Part shown: positions 63,040-64,000 of the stretch, in pieces
How the letters are laid out: the number at the start of each line of letters is the position of its first letter
How positions within the stretch are numbered: position 1 is the first letter of the stretch
DNA from: Tubiluchus corallicola
Lineage: Eukaryota > Animalia > Priapulida
DNA: 64,000 bases
Assembly: GCA_030141605.1 (NCBI GenBank)
Contig: JAQGDQ010000042.1
Location: 372,001-436,000 of the forward strand
Direction: 5' to 3'
The notes under the pieces: generated by a model
Seen by the model: only the letters and a program-made list of their open reading frames with translations
Told to the model about the DNA's origin: nothing
Databases searched by the model: none
Translations under genes and position numbers: made by a program

Positions 63040-64000
63040 TGCATCAAGCCGGCCTTTTATGACCTCAGAATTGAATATACACCTAGACTTCATAAAAATA
63101 ACAGATTATTTAGGACCTTACTTGTTGTTATTGACAGATATGGGAACACGGCAGTGATGGCATAACTAGTATTTAAGACCTAGAAAAAGCTTATGACCAT
63201 GTCGACCAACAAAAATTGTGGCAAATATTGACACATTTAGGTACAGAGCAACCCTTTCCTGAATTTTGGAAATCATGGTACCATGGTTTTAATATTAGAT
63301 TTGTTTGGAGAAGCATCAAAAAGGATAATGTAATGGTAAAGTCAGGTGTAAAACAGGGTGATCCCAGGGCCTCTGTATTTTTCTCACTGTATATTAATAA
63401 AATGTTAAAAGAACAGAAAAAGCTACAAAACAATAGTGAGTATATAGCTGACGACACCACGCTAATTACAGAATTTGAAGAGGATATGTTGGTGTTATTG
63501 AAGATTGCTGATGATCCAGGAAAAGAGTAAGGCGTGAAATTCAGTGCGACCAAGTGTGCATCAATTCTCCTCTGTGGAGGTAATGCTAATACAGTCTTTA
63601 AGATAGGTGACGTACCTATATATGCAAAAGAAAGAGAAAAATACCTTGGGGTAATTATAAGAACACATAGAAGATGAACATAGCTAGAAAGAAAGAATAC
63701 CAGATATTAGAAGAACTATAGGTGGCTGCAAAGAATCAGACATTTGGGGGATAAATTTGGGCTTCCGGTGTTTGGCAATATTATGGCTTTAGGGGAACTA
63801 AATGAGGTAGGTCTGAATAAAATTTATGATAAGCATTTGGGTGAGAAAGCATTGGATGTGCATATAGAGAAAGCTATAGCAGAAACGGGATTAAAAATGT
63901 GGAATGAAAAGTTAAGTAAATGTTCGACAGTAGAAAGATATAGAGATTGCAAAAGTTGTATATCATTTGAACCCTGGACGAACAATACATGGGGGGCAGA
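63040..64000 (+). mobile_element. Degenerate non-LTR retrotransposon reverse transcriptase (runs off the window)
   Basis: DLEKAYDHVD..LW, GVKQGDPRAS.FFSLYIN, YIADDT, KFSATKC and KYLGVII motifs with stops and frameshifts. Confidence 0.85.

Overview
AT-rich, intron-rich animal (probably invertebrate) nuclear DNA with one assembly gap (1747-2375). Five multi-exon genes can be rebuilt by hand from GT-AG exons with consistent reading-frame phase: TMEM237 (+, 12206-23918), MRPL57/mL63 (-, 25485-27742), MRPL44/mL44 (+, 29664-38370), a type-B carboxylesterase/cholinesterase-family gene with intact triad and C-terminal membrane anchor (-, 38985-47741), and SAAL1 (-, 48663-61795). The two mitoribosomal large-subunit genes are head-to-head. 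The first 3.8 kb holds a terminator-less 5S-rRNA-derived sequence abutting an expanded (TTA)n tract, a deleted duplicate of part of MRPL44, and a 50/60-bp minisatellite with a 220-bp higher-order repeat. Introns carry many mobile elements, including a near full-length CR1/L2-type LINE with an internal inversion, tRNA-type SINEs, and TA- and TTAA-flanked MITEs. Gene names come from recalled protein motifs, not database searches. I found no clearly new biological system; the best leads are the putative 5S-derived SINE, the mitoribosomal gene pair and the membrane-anchored esterase with an unusual Arg-to-Leu change.
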